Positions 29,502 to 39,172 of a stretch of DNA of 64,000 nucleotides are shown piece after piece. A program made the translations under genes and the position numbers. The number at the start of each line of letters is the position of its first letter. Position 1 is the first letter of the stretch. This DNA comes from Bryobacteraceae bacterium (GTDB lineage Bacteria; Acidobacteriota; Terriglobia; Bryobacterales; Bryobacteraceae): contig OZ244728.1 of the NCBI GenBank assembly GCA_965219105.1, positions 3,834,180-3,898,179 of the forward strand. Reading direction: 5' to 3'. The notes beneath the pieces are model-generated. The model made no database searches, was not told the DNA's origin, and worked only from the letters and a program-made list of their open reading frames with translations.

Positions 29502-30116
29502 ATGGAGAAATTTACTTCGCTTACAAGCCGGCTTGCGCCGCTCCCGCTCGATAACATCGATACCGACCAAATCCTCCCGGCACGTTTTCTGAAAATTACT
29601 TCCAAAACCGGACTGGGCGACTTGCTCTTTCACGATTGGCGCTATCACGAGGACGGCTCACCAAACGCGGACTTCATCCTAAACCGCCCCGAAAGTCAGG
29701 GCTCACACATTCTTTTAGCGGGTAATCACTTTGGATGCGGAAGTTCCCGCGAACATGCACCCTGGGCACTGGTTCAATATGGCTTTCGTGCGGTGATCAG
29801 CACCTCGTTTGGCGACATCTTTACAGGAAATGCACTTAAGAATTCATTGCTGCCGGTGGTGATTGGAGCGGAAGAGCACAAGCGTCTCCTCGATGCCGCT
29901 TCTGCCGATCCGGCTACGACGGTCAGTATCGATCTGGAGAGTCAGACGGCGCACTTGCCGGGTGGCGTCACCGTCACATTTCCCATTGACGAGTTTGCGA
30001 AGCACTGCATGCTCGAAGGCGTGGACGAGCTGGGCTTCATTCTTCAGCAGGAAGATGCAATCAGCCAATTTGAAGCACGGCGGCCTTTGTCCGTAGATAC
30101 GCGCGAGACCGCTTAA
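29502..30116 (+). CDS. leuD: 3-isopropylmalate dehydratase small subunit
   Basis: 'NHFGCGSSREHAPWAL'. Confidence 0.9.
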   Translation: MEKFTSLTSRLAPLPLDNIDTDQILPARFLKITSKTGLGDLLFHDWRYHEDGSPNADFILNRPESQGSHILLAGNHFGCGSSREHAPWALVQYGFRAVISTSFGDIFTGNALKNSLLPVVIGAEEHKRLLDAASADPATTVSIDLESQTAHLPGGVTVTFPIDEFAKHCMLEGVDELGFILQQEDAISQFEARRPLSVDTRETA

Positions 30117-30182
30117 GCGAGGCCGCAAGTGCGGTTCGCCATGTGGCGAACCGGGGTGTTTTTGCATGTTACTGTGAAGCTA

Positions 30183-30968
30183 ATGTCGTCGCCCCTGAAC
30201 TTTCACCTCGAGCAGTACGAGGGGCCGCTCGATCTGCTCCTGGATCTCATCCGCAAGCAGCAGATCAACATCTACGACATCCCGATTGCAAAAATAACGG
30301 CGCAGTATCTGGAGTTCATGCAGAAGGCGATGGAGCTCGACATCGAGCTTAGCTCGGACTTTGTATACATGGCCGCTACCCTGATCCACATCAAGAGCAA
30401 GCTACTGCTGCCGCGAGATCCGGAACTTGAAAAACTCGAGCCGGAGGAGGATCCTAGGAAAGAGCTTGTCGAGCGGCTCATCGAGCATGAGCGCTTCAAG
30501 AATGCGGCAGAGATGCTGCATCAGAAGCGCATCATTGAAGAGGCAGTCTGGTCCCATCCGCAGATTCAACACTTCCTGGACCAAGACGAAGGCCCTGGTT
30601 ATGCCGCTACGATATTCGATCTGGTGAAGACGTTTCAGGGCGTGCTCGAGCGCACGAAGAACCGGCCGATTTACGAGATAGGCAAAGAGACAGTCAACGT
30701 GGGAGACATGGTGTTTTACTTGCGCGACCGCCTTTCTTCCTCTCGCAGAAAAGGACCGCTGCTAGCGAGCGAGTTGTTCGATTCGCAGCACAGCCGCAGG
30801 GCAATGATTTGTTTGTTTCTGGCAATTCTTGAGCTCGTGAAGTCGCAAGCGGTCCAGCTGATCCAGGGCGAGGCATTCGGAGAAATCGGATTGCAGCGCG
30901 GCCCTGAGTTTGAAATCCAAAGCGACACCTCTGAAGAGCTGGCGGCTGTCGAGCAGGACTATCGTTGA
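30183..30968 (+). CDS. scpA: Segregation and condensation protein A
   Basis: 'YEGPLDLLLDLIRKQQINIYDIPIAKIT'. ATG at 30183. Confidence 0.85.
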   Translation: MSSPLNFHLEQYEGPLDLLLDLIRKQQINIYDIPIAKITAQYLEFMQKAMELDIELSSDFVYMAATLIHIKSKLLLPRDPELEKLEPEEDPRKELVERLIEHERFKNAAEMLHQKRIIEEAVWSHPQIQHFLDQDEGPGYAATIFDLVKTFQGVLERTKNRPIYEIGKETVNVGDMVFYLRDRLSSSRRKGPLLASELFDSQHSRRAMICLFLAILELVKSQAVQLIQGEAFGEIGLQRGPEFEIQSDTSEELAAVEQDYR

Positions 30969-30976
30969 AGTTGAGC

Positions 30977-31753
30977 ATGACGGAAATGGAAGAACTGCTC
31001 GAGAGCGGATCCGTTGATGAACCCCGCACTCAAAGCGAAGCCGGCGCCGGGCAGGAGGAAGCGATCATCGCGGAAGCCGTTACGCAGCCCGCCGTCTCCT
31101 TTGACCGGGACGCCGCGGTCAAGGCTGTCATAGAAGCCGCAATCTACATTACGGAAGATCCGCTCCCTGTCGAGCAAATTGCTGTAGCCGTGGATGAGCC
31201 TGTCGAGCGAGTAAGAGAACTGTTGGCGAGATTGGTGCAAGAGTACGCAGCGCCGGACCGCGGTCTTTCCATTCGGGAAGTCGCCGGCGGGTACAAGATG
31301 GCTACCAAGCCGGAGCATCATGAGGCGATTCGCCGTTTTGTCCGCAAACTGCAAGCTCCGTTGAAGCTGTCGCTGGCTGCTCTGGAGACGCTGGCGGTGG
31401 TCGCTTATAAACAGCCGATTACTGCACCGGAAATCATGGAAGTACGCGGAGTGCAGGGCGCGGGCGTTCTCAAGACTTTGCTCGATCGGAAGCTTATCGC
31501 GGCGGCGGGGCGAAAGGATGTGCTCGGTAAGCCGATCCTGTATAAGACAACTCGTGAGTTTCTGATTCAGTTCGGTTTGAACTCGCTCGCGGAGTTGCCC
31601 ACCCTCAAAGAGTTTGAAGAACTCGGGCGATTTGCCTTGGACGAGACGCCGGTAGCAGTGGAGAATGCTCAATTGACCCTGCCCGAAGCGGACAGCCGGT
31701 TGCCCCAATCGGAAGAGGACCTTGTTCCGCAGCGAGAAGAAGCACATGGCTGA
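30977..31753 (+). CDS. scpB: Segregation and condensation protein B
   Basis: 'AVIEAAIYITEDPL' and the wHTH repeat 'ETLAVVAYKQPITAPEIMEVRGV'. The start could also be the TTG at 30965. Confidence 0.8.
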   Translation: MTEMEELLESGSVDEPRTQSEAGAGQEEAIIAEAVTQPAVSFDRDAAVKAVIEAAIYITEDPLPVEQIAVAVDEPVERVRELLARLVQEYAAPDRGLSIREVAGGYKMATKPEHHEAIRRFVRKLQAPLKLSLAALETLAVVAYKQPITAPEIMEVRGVQGAGVLKTLLDRKLIAAAGRKDVLGKPILYKTTREFLIQFGLNSLAELPTLKEFEELGRFALDETPVAVENAQLTLPEADSRLPQSEEDLVPQREEAHG

Positions 31754-32546
31754 AGAACGTCTGCAAAAGATCCTCGCCCATGCCGGTATCGCGAGCCGCC
31801 GAAAGGCGGAAGAACTCATCGTAGGCGGGCGCGTGTCTGTCAATGGAAAGACTGTGACCGAACTGGGTTCGAAGGCGGACCTGGAAGTCGATAAGGTGAA
31901 GGTCGACGGGCAGATACTGGCCGCGCCCAAGCACCACTTGTACATCGCTCTCCACAAGCCGAAGAATTGCGTGACGACCGCGAGCGATCCCGAGGGGCGG
32001 CAAACCGTCATGTCGTTCTTCAAAGGCTTGCAGCAGCGTATCTACCCGATCGGACGGCTCGATTACGCCAGCGAAGGACTTCTTCTCCTGACCAACGATG
32101 GAGATTTTGCCAACCGTCTAACCTCGCCCGCGAGCCACGTAACCAAGACCTACCTGGTCAAATCCAACGGGGCGCTCACGGCGGAGCAGGAAGGGCAATT
32201 TCGTACTGGCATACCCATGCACGGACGCCGCACGGCTCCCGCTGGAATCAAATTGATTCGACCCGGCCAGAATCCCTGGTACGAGGTGCGGTTGGTGGAA
32301 GGAAGGCAGAACCAGATCCGCATCATGTTCAAACATTTCGGGCGGCTGGTGGAAAAGCTAAAGCGGGTCAAGATTGGCTTTCTTGAACTGGGCGCCTTAA
32401 AGCCCGGTGCGTATCGGACACTCACAAACAGTGAAGTCGCTCGTTTCCGCAAATTATTAAAGATCGACGAGCCCGACGAAGCCCAGCATGCGAGTATAAA
32501 GCGTGATGGACGACACACAAATCGCCGCACTTCTGAAGTCGGCTAA
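31746..32546 (+). CDS. rluB: rRNA pseudouridine synthase (RluB/RsuA family)
   Basis: S4 domain 'RLQKILAHAGIASRRKAEELI' and catalytic 'GRLDYASEGLLLLTNDG'. Confidence 0.85.
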   Translation: MAEERLQKILAHAGIASRRKAEELIVGGRVSVNGKTVTELGSKADLEVDKVKVDGQILAAPKHHLYIALHKPKNCVTTASDPEGRQTVMSFFKGLQQRIYPIGRLDYASEGLLLLTNDGDFANRLTSPASHVTKTYLVKSNGALTAEQEGQFRTGIPMHGRRTAPAGIKLIRPGQNPWYEVRLVEGRQNQIRIMFKHFGRLVEKLKRVKIGFLELGALKPGAYRTLTNSEVARFRKLLKIDEPDEAQHASIKRDGRHTNRRTSEVG

Positions 32547-32910
32547 AACCATCGCCGTAGTAGGGCTGTCGAGCAATCCGGCGCGCCCCAGCTTTGGAGT
32601 CTCGCGCTTCTTGCAGAGGCAAGGTTTTCGGATCATCCCGGTCAATCCGCAAGAGACTGAAGTATTGGGAGAGAAAGCTTATCCATCCGTTACGGCCCTG
32701 CCCGGGCCAGTCGATATCGTGAATATCTTCCGGCGGCCCGCCCGAGTTCCTGAGGTAGTGGATGAGGTGATTGAAAAAGGCGGGGCGCAATGCATCTGGA
32801 TGCAGGAAGGCGTCGTGAGTCCGGAAGGAGCCGCGAAGGCGGAGTCGGCTGGCATTCCCGTAGTGATGGATCGATGTATTTTGAAAGAGCTGGCGCGGCT
32901 CGTTCCCTAA
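32503..32910 (+). CDS. CoA-binding domain protein (YccU/YneT-like)
   Basis: 'KTIAVVGLSSNPARPSF' and 'VDIVNIFRR'. Confidence 0.75.
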   Translation: MMDDTQIAALLKSAKTIAVVGLSSNPARPSFGVSRFLQRQGFRIIPVNPQETEVLGEKAYPSVTALPGPVDIVNIFRRPARVPEVVDEVIEKGGAQCIWMQEGVVSPEGAAKAESAGIPVVMDRCILKELARLVP

Positions 32911-32937
32911 ATCCTCGACCGTTCTCCCGTTAGGTTT

Positions 32938-34206
32938 ATGCCTGCAGGCTTTCTGCTGAAATGCGCAGACAAGCGCTCGATTGTCACGCTGCTGGCGCTC
33001 GTGCTTGGGTTGACCTGTTCGTGTGTTCCCGATAGCGAGCCGACTCTTCCTCAGGCGTTTATCGCGCCCGCAACAGTCAACCTCCGCTCGGAACTCAATC
33101 AGAAGAACAGCACCGTGGCGGTCCTTAAGCACGGCAATCAGGTCAGCATCGTGGACGTGAGGCGGCGCTACGTTCGGGTAAAAACGAGCCGCGGCGCAGA
33201 GGGTTGGGTGGATTCCGCCGACCTTCTTCGCCCGCAAGATATGCAGCGCATACGGAAAGAGCATCAGGATGCGCTCAAGCTGCCCTCGGAGGCCGTTGCA
33301 AGCGCTTATGAAAACCTGAATGTACATCTCGAGCCGAGCCGCGCCTCGCCTGCCTTCGCGCAAGTCCCGGAGGGCGGAGCGGTAAACGTATTGGCTCGCA
33401 GCATCACGCCGAAGGTGAGCGCGGCGGCACGTCCTCCTGTCCTTTTCGAACGGCCGAAACCGTTGCCGAGACGCCGGAAAAAAGAGAAGAAGCGCAACCC
33501 TCAGCAGCCCCCAATGCCGCTACCCCCTAAGCCGCCGGGCGATTGGACTGCAGCATGGGGAAAAGCGGAACAGGTGGAAAGCGTATCAGCGCCTGCTAAG
33601 AAACCGGACAAGAAAGAGGCCCCGCCGCCGGTTCTGGAGTCCTGGAGCCTGGTCCGAACAAAAGAGAATCAGACCGGTTGGGTGCTCTCTCGAAATTTGA
33701 TGATGTCCATTCCGGATGATGTAGCGCAATATGCCGAGGGCAAGCACATCACCTCCTACTTCGACCTCGGGACGGTGAATGATGAAGAGCGAGGCCCCAA
33801 GCATAATTGGCTCTGGACTACTGCCTCGAGCGCTGAGAATCTCGACTTCGATTCCTGGCGTGTGTTCCTTTGGAATCGCCGCCGTCATCGCTTTGAGACC
33901 TCTTATCGCCAGCGCGATGTCGAAGGATATTTCCCGGTGCACGTCGATCCGGCTGTTTCGGGTTCACTCAACCGCACCTTCGACCTGATCCTGAAGAACG
34001 ATAACGGGCAACTTGAACGGCGCACTTACGTATTCGATGGAACTCGCGTGCATCTTACCGCGGTGGCTTCGTATGACCCCAACGCCGCCGCGAGATCAGC
34101 CCGGGAAGCTGCAACGAAAGCCGCGCAGCAGCGGACAGCGAACGAGAGCTGGCTCAAGAAAGAGTGGAACGCCTTTGTTGCCCGGATTACCGCCGCGCGC
34201 CATTAG
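32938..34206 (+). CDS. Exported SH3-domain protein with K/P-rich linker
   Basis: Hydrophobic N-terminus. SH3b-like 'ATVNLRSELNQKNSTVAVLKHGNQVSIVDV...GWVDSADL'. Basic Pro-rich linker 'RRRKKEKKRNPQQPPMPLPPKPP'. Confidence 0.55.
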   Translation: MPAGFLLKCADKRSIVTLLALVLGLTCSCVPDSEPTLPQAFIAPATVNLRSELNQKNSTVAVLKHGNQVSIVDVRRRYVRVKTSRGAEGWVDSADLLRPQDMQRIRKEHQDALKLPSEAVASAYENLNVHLEPSRASPAFAQVPEGGAVNVLARSITPKVSAAARPPVLFERPKPLPRRRKKEKKRNPQQPPMPLPPKPPGDWTAAWGKAEQVESVSAPAKKPDKKEAPPPVLESWSLVRTKENQTGWVLSRNLMMSIPDDVAQYAEGKHITSYFDLGTVNDEERGPKHNWLWTTASSAENLDFDSWRVFLWNRRRHRFETSYRQRDVEGYFPVHVDPAVSGSLNRTFDLILKNDNGQLERRTYVFDGTRVHLTAVASYDPNAAARSAREAATKAAQQRTANESWLKKEWNAFVARITAARH

Positions 34207-34979
34207 GTCTCCTCGATCTTGCCTGAGATCTCTACGCGGTCCATTGCAAGGAACTGCTTTACGTGCGGATTCTGCGATTCTCCCAGTTTGCTGACCGGTC
34301 CAAAATAGATCGCTTCGCCCTTGTAAAGGAACATTACGGAATCGGCTACTTTCCACATCAGGTCGAGGTCGTGAGTAACCACAACCGCGGTCAGCTTCAT
34401 GTTCTTCTTCAGACGTAGCATCAGATTGCCGATATGATCCGACATGATCGGGTCAACCATCGTCGTTGGCTCGTCATAAAGAATGCACTGCGGACCGGAA
34501 GCCAGCGCTCGCGCAATAGCTACTGCCCGCTTGTATCCAGTCGCCAAGTCGCCTGGAAAGGAGTCTCGAACGTTTTCAAGATCCACGCGGCGGAGAAGAT
34601 CGTTCACCAGCTTTTCTTTACTCTCTTCGCTTTTGTCTTCGCGAGTTTCTAATGAGAACTCGACGTTCTCTCCCACCGTGAGCGAATCGAAAAGAGCTCC
34701 CGATTGAAAGACCATCGTCACCTTCCGGCGAATTGCCCGAAGATTGTCCTCGGACATGTGGGTAATATCGGTGCGCGCCACGATGACCTGCCCGCTATCC
34801 GGTTTGAGAAAACCCATGATATGACCGAGACTGACCGACTTGCCCACGCCGCTGCGGCCGATGATGGCAAGCGTTTGTCCTTCGTCCACATAGAAATTGA
34901 CGTCCTTCAACACGGGATGATCGAACGTCTTGCACACATTACGAAACTCAATGTAATGCGGAAACTCTTCGGAAGCCAT
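34203..34979 (-). CDS. ABC transporter ATP-binding protein, MlaF/Mkl-like, atypical signature motif
   Basis: Walker A 'GRSGVGKS', Walker B 'ILYDEPT' and H-loop 'VTHDL'. The C-loop reads 'LATGYKR' instead of LSGGxxx. Confidence 0.75.
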   Translation of the reverse strand: MASEEFPHYIEFRNVCKTFDHPVLKDVNFYVDEGQTLAIIGRSGVGKSVSLGHIMGFLKPDSGQVIVARTDITHMSEDNLRAIRRKVTMVFQSGALFDSLTVGENVEFSLETREDKSEESKEKLVNDLLRRVDLENVRDSFPGDLATGYKRAVAIARALASGPQCILYDEPTTMVDPIMSDHIGNLMLRLKKNMKLTAVVVTHDLDLMWKVADSVMFLYKGEAIYFGPVSKLGESQNPHVKQFLAMDRVEISGKIEET

Positions 34980-35581
34980 TAGGGGCGCCCGGCTGCGTTT
35001 TCACGGTAAAGCAGCCAGGAGTTCCATTCTCCGGGAGTGTTGACATTCAAAATCGATTCAGGAACCGTTGTGTAACTTGCCTGAAGATCATCGAGCACGT
35101 CAAATAGCCGATGCCGTCCCTTTTTAAGCGCAGACTCGACCGTCGTCAAGCTGCCGGCCTGCCAAATACCACAGAGCGGGTGCGCTTGGCCGCTTGCATC
35201 GCGGCAGACAATGCATTGCGCACCGCCGTTGCAAGAAGCTGCGGCGGAAACTAGCTGTTCGAGCCAAGCCGTCCTGAGCCCCGGGATGTCGCAGGAAACG
35301 ATAAGATTCCAAGCCGCTTGACGGCTGGCCAGGGCAGCGTGAATTCCGCTCAATGGACCCGCGCCGGCGTGTAAGTCGTCAATGGAAGCGTAGGGAAGAT
35401 CCTGGTAACGGTGCGATTGGCCAACCAGAGTTGCACTTCCCGTGAGCGAAGCGACAGATGCCGCCACTTCTTCTACAAGAAGATGAGACCCTACCGGCAA
35501 CCGCGCTTTATCTGTTCCCATTCGGGTGCTGTGACCCCCGACAAGAACAAAGCCCGCCGTTTGCATTCCCAATTGTCGCAT
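34979..35581 (-). CDS. mobA: Molybdenum cofactor guanylyltransferase
   Basis: 'FVLVGGHSTRMGTDKA'. 200 aa. Confidence 0.75.
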   Translation of the reverse strand: MRQLGMQTAGFVLVGGHSTRMGTDKARLPVGSHLLVEEVAASVASLTGSATLVGQSHRYQDLPYASIDDLHAGAGPLSGIHAALASRQAAWNLIVSCDIPGLRTAWLEQLVSAAASCNGGAQCIVCRDASGQAHPLCGIWQAGSLTTVESALKKGRHRLFDVLDDLQASYTTVPESILNVNTPGEWNSWLLYRENAAGRP

Positions 35582-35720
35582 TTGGGTAGCCCGATTCCGG
35601 GTATAATCGAGAGAACTACCAAAGGGTCTATAGAGGTATGCGGCTCGACGTATTGCCGATTAGGAAGGTCGGGATGACCGGCTTGGCGATCAGGCAGGAA
35701 GCGTAAATTCCCGGAAGCGT

Positions 35721-37283
35721 ATGCGCCGCATCCTCCCACGTATTGCCGCGGTTTATATTGCGGCCTGGTCGCTCTGCTCACACGCCGGAGCTGGCACGAC
35801 CTTGCCCCCCGGCATCCAGGCAATCCGCTTCTGGTCCTTCGGCGACGTGACACGAATCGCCATTCAGACGAACGGCGACTACAAATTCTTTTCCGATCAA
35901 ATCGAGAAGCCGGCTCGCGTCTACTTCGACCTTACCGGGCTTCGGTCTCCGTCGGGCGCACATCGCAAGTTCCAAGCCATAGAGGTCAACGACAAGCTTC
36001 TGAAGCAGATACGCGTCGCGGAAGTGAGTCGCGGCCGGACCAGAATCGTGTTCGATTTGGAGTGCCCTGTCGAGGTGGTGTCTTCGCAACTGGTAAATCC
36101 AGACCGCCTCATGATTGAACTCCGGCAGAAGAGCGAACCCAAGCCAAGCGTGTCTTTAGCGCGGAGCATAACCCGGTCGCACAACGTTGACTTCGCTTCT
36201 GCTGAGCGGGAGCCGAAGCGGCCAAACGGTCTAGCTGGAGCCCAGCCGCCAACTTCATCGAGCGCAAGTCATCTCGGCTCTCCCGTCGTTGTCCTTGAGA
36301 ACCGGAAGTCTACTCCGCCTGACGTAAAGCAGCGTGAGCCGGCGCGAGAACAAGTCGCGCCGGGAACGAATGCAGAACCTTTACTCGTGAAGGTCGATAA
36401 GGTAAGCGGAAGTGAACGAGTGGCGGAAAGAGCAGCTGTTGTCTCGTCACCGCCGGAATCCGTGCCAAGCCCGGCTCTGGGTACACACGAAAGAGCGCCA
36501 GCGATAAAGCTGGATGGAAGCGCCGCCCCAGCCAAGCGCGATAGCGAAGGCGATCGCTCGCTGGTCCGCGTCCTTGGCCTGAAGCTCGGTCGAGTGGTGA
36601 TCGATGCTGGACATGGCGGTCACGATACCGGCACCATCGGGCCAAACGGGCTGATGGAAAAGGATCTGGTGCTCGACGTTGCTCTCCGCCTGGGTAAGCT
36701 CATCACCAAACAGCTCGGCGCAGAGGTCGTTTATACGCGATCCGCGGACATCTTTATTCCCCTCGAGCAACGCACCAAAATCGCTAACAATGCGAAAGCG
36801 GACCTGTTCATTTCGATCCACGCGAACTCGTCTCCTGACCCGAGAGCAAGCGGCGTCGAAACTTTTTACTTCAACCTAACTTCGGACCGCGTCGGGATCG
36901 ATCTTGCGACGCGCGAGAATGCTACTTCACTCAGCTCTATCTCCGATCTCGGCGATCTCCTCCACAAAGCAGTTCTTGAAAATAAGCTCGAGGAATCCAG
37001 AGAGTTCGCGCAGAAGGTGCAATCGGCATTGTGGTCCACTTCATTGAAAATGGACTCGCACTCACGCGATCGCGGCGTTCGTCAGGCGCCGTTCGTAGTT
37101 CTGATCGGCGCAACCATGCCATCCATCCTGGCCGAGATCGGCTTTGTCTCAAACCCGCGCGACGAGCGGCTGTTGCGACGAGTGGATGAGCGGCAAAAAA
37201 TCGCCGAAGCCCTTCTGAAGGGCATTTCGCAATACGCCAGCACGCTCAGTCATCTGCAGCTTGCACGCGCTGGCGCGGAGTAA
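35721..37283 (+). CDS. N-acetylmuramoyl-L-alanine amidase (AMIN domain + Amidase_3)
   Basis: Signal peptide, AMIN-like 'IQAIRFWSFGDVTRIAIQ', low-complexity linker, then 'VVIDAGHGGHDTGTIG' and 'ISIHANS'. Confidence 0.85.
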   Translation: MRRILPRIAAVYIAAWSLCSHAGAGTTLPPGIQAIRFWSFGDVTRIAIQTNGDYKFFSDQIEKPARVYFDLTGLRSPSGAHRKFQAIEVNDKLLKQIRVAEVSRGRTRIVFDLECPVEVVSSQLVNPDRLMIELRQKSEPKPSVSLARSITRSHNVDFASAEREPKRPNGLAGAQPPTSSSASHLGSPVVVLENRKSTPPDVKQREPAREQVAPGTNAEPLLVKVDKVSGSERVAERAAVVSSPPESVPSPALGTHERAPAIKLDGSAAPAKRDSEGDRSLVRVLGLKLGRVVIDAGHGGHDTGTIGPNGLMEKDLVLDVALRLGKLITKQLGAEVVYTRSADIFIPLEQRTKIANNAKADLFISIHANSSPDPRASGVETFYFNLTSDRVGIDLATRENATSLSSISDLGDLLHKAVLENKLEESREFAQKVQSALWSTSLKMDSHSRDRGVRQAPFVVLIGATMPSILAEIGFVSNPRDERLLRRVDERQKIAEALLKGISQYASTLSHLQLARAGAE

Positions 37284-38076
37284 GTTTCCAGCAAATCCCG
37301 CGCTTACTGCTTCGCACAAATTCCACCAGGTGAAGCGTGTACGGCGATGGCCATTCGATCTCAATAAGGCGCAACGATTCGTTCTGAGGAAGCCCGGATC
37401 GATAGAGCAGGCGATACGCGGCCTTGAGTATACGGATATCTTCAGGCGAAACACCAGCCCGCGTAAGCCCCACCAGATTTATGCCTCGCGGAGCAGCGTT
37501 GAAATCGGTGTATAAAAAATAGGGCGGCAGATCTTTGTTGACGCGAGTGTTGCCACCCACCATCGCCATGCGCCCGATCTTGGAATGCTGATGAACAACT
37601 ACTCCGCCCGAGATGAACGCTTGATCTTCAATCGAGGCATGGCCGGCTATCAAGGCGCAGCTTGCCACGACAATATTGTTTCCGAGAACACAGTTATGCG
37701 CAATGTGCCCGGAGGTCATGATGTAGTTGTCATCTCCGATTTGCGTGACCGATTCAGGTTGTGTGCCACGCGAGATCGTGTAATGTTCGCGGATCCGATT
37801 GCGGTGACCGATCCGCAGATAACTACGCTCCCCGGTGAATTGCTTATCGAGCGGATCGGTACCGAGCACCGTGCCGGCAGAGATTTCGTTGTTGTCGCCG
37901 ATCATGGTCCAGCGCTTTACATATACGTAGGGTTCCAACCGGCAGCGAGCGCCAATCGTAACGTCCGCCTCCACAATGCAGTACTCGCCAATGCTTGTCC
38001 CCGGTCCAATGCTTGCTTCCGGATGAACACGCGCAGTCGACGCGATACGGCTGGATAGGTCTACGGACATTGCCAT
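37246..38076 (-). CDS. lpxA: Acyl-ACP--UDP-N-acetylglucosamine O-acyltransferase
   Basis: Hexapeptide beta-helix followed by the LpxA C-terminal helical domain ('NLVGLTRAGVSPEDIRILKAAYRLLY'). Its 3' end overlaps the convergent amidase gene by 38 nt. Confidence 0.85.
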   Translation of the reverse strand: MAMSVDLSSRIASTARVHPEASIGPGTSIGEYCIVEADVTIGARCRLEPYVYVKRWTMIGDNNEISAGTVLGTDPLDKQFTGERSYLRIGHRNRIREHYTISRGTQPESVTQIGDDNYIMTSGHIAHNCVLGNNIVVASCALIAGHASIEDQAFISGGVVVHQHSKIGRMAMVGGNTRVNKDLPPYFLYTDFNAAPRGINLVGLTRAGVSPEDIRILKAAYRLLYRSGLPQNESLRLIEIEWPSPYTLHLVEFVRSSKRGICWKLTPRQRVQAADD

Positions 38077-38131
38077 TTCAGTATGGCTGGGCTTCCTCCA
38101 ATGCTGCTGTCGGTCATGCTACCTATGGGGC

Positions 38132-39172
38132 ATGCCCTCGAAAACTGTTGCTGAACTGGCGAACGCTTGCGAAGGCGCGATAGAAGGCGATCGGGCGCTC
38201 GTTATTTCCGGCGCGAACTCGCTGGAGGAAGCGGAAGCCGACCAACTCTCCTTCGTCTCCGGTGCGAAGCTCCACGCTGCGGCGCTCAGGTCTCAAGCCG
38301 GATGTCTGATTGTCGATCAGGACTTCACCAGCAGCGGTCACCGGTCCCTTATTCGAGTGCCGCGTCCCCGTGTTGCCTTTGCATCTGCGCTAAAACTGCT
38401 TTATCCAAATCCAAGCTGGCTGCCGCACATCTCTCCTGCCGCGAGTATTTCTCCAAGCGCCCGTTTGGCGGCCGATTGCTTCATCGGCGCTTACACAACC
38501 GTTGGAGACGACTCCGAAATCGGCAGCGGTTGCTACTTAGCGGAAGGCGTGCATGTCGGCAATCGCGTTTCACTCGGCGAAGGTTGTGTCCTGCATCCCG
38601 GCGTGACTATCTACGACGGGGTGACCGTGGGCGCGAGGGTGATTCTTCACGCCGGTTGCGTGCTAGGCGCGGATGGGTTTGGATTTACTCCTACAAGTAC
38701 CGGGTACGAGAAATTTCCTCAAGTAGGAAGCGTTTCAATCGGCAATGACGTCGAGATCGGAGCCAATAGCTGCGTGGACCGTGCGTCGCTCGGAACGACT
38801 CGTATCGGCGCAGGGACGAAGCTGGACAACCTGGTGCATGTCGCCCATAACTGCACGGTCGGAGAACACGTTGTGATCGCTGCGCAGACGGGTTTAGCCG
38901 GTGGGGTCGTGATTGGAGACGGTGCTGTGTTGGGCGGTCAAGTAGGGGCTGCGGACAAGGCTCAGATTGAGGCCGGAGCTGTGGTCGGCGCCAAGAGTGG
39001 CATCGTGAGCAGGCAAAGAATCTCGGCTGGTGAGCCAGTCTGGGGAATTCCAGCCAGGCCTATTCGGCAGCATCTGAAAGGCCTGGCTAATGTGGGAAAA
39101 ATTGACGATTTAAAGCAAGCGGTTCGCCTGCTTGAAAAGAGGCTGGAGATTTTAGAACGCGGGGACTCTTAG
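38132..39172 (+). CDS. lpxD: UDP-3-O-acylglucosamine N-acyltransferase (LpxD), copy 2
   Basis: 346 aa with the same architecture as copy 1 ('GADGFGFTP', hexapeptide repeats, C-terminal helix). Divergent from lpxA across a 55-bp spacer. Confidence 0.85.
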   Translation: MPSKTVAELANACEGAIEGDRALVISGANSLEEAEADQLSFVSGAKLHAAALRSQAGCLIVDQDFTSSGHRSLIRVPRPRVAFASALKLLYPNPSWLPHISPAASISPSARLAADCFIGAYTTVGDDSEIGSGCYLAEGVHVGNRVSLGEGCVLHPGVTIYDGVTVGARVILHAGCVLGADGFGFTPTSTGYEKFPQVGSVSIGNDVEIGANSCVDRASLGTTRIGAGTKLDNLVHVAHNCTVGEHVVIAAQTGLAGGVVIGDGAVLGGQVGAADKAQIEAGAVVGAKSGIVSRQRISAGEPVWGIPARPIRQHLKGLANVGKIDDLKQAVRLLEKRLEILERGDS

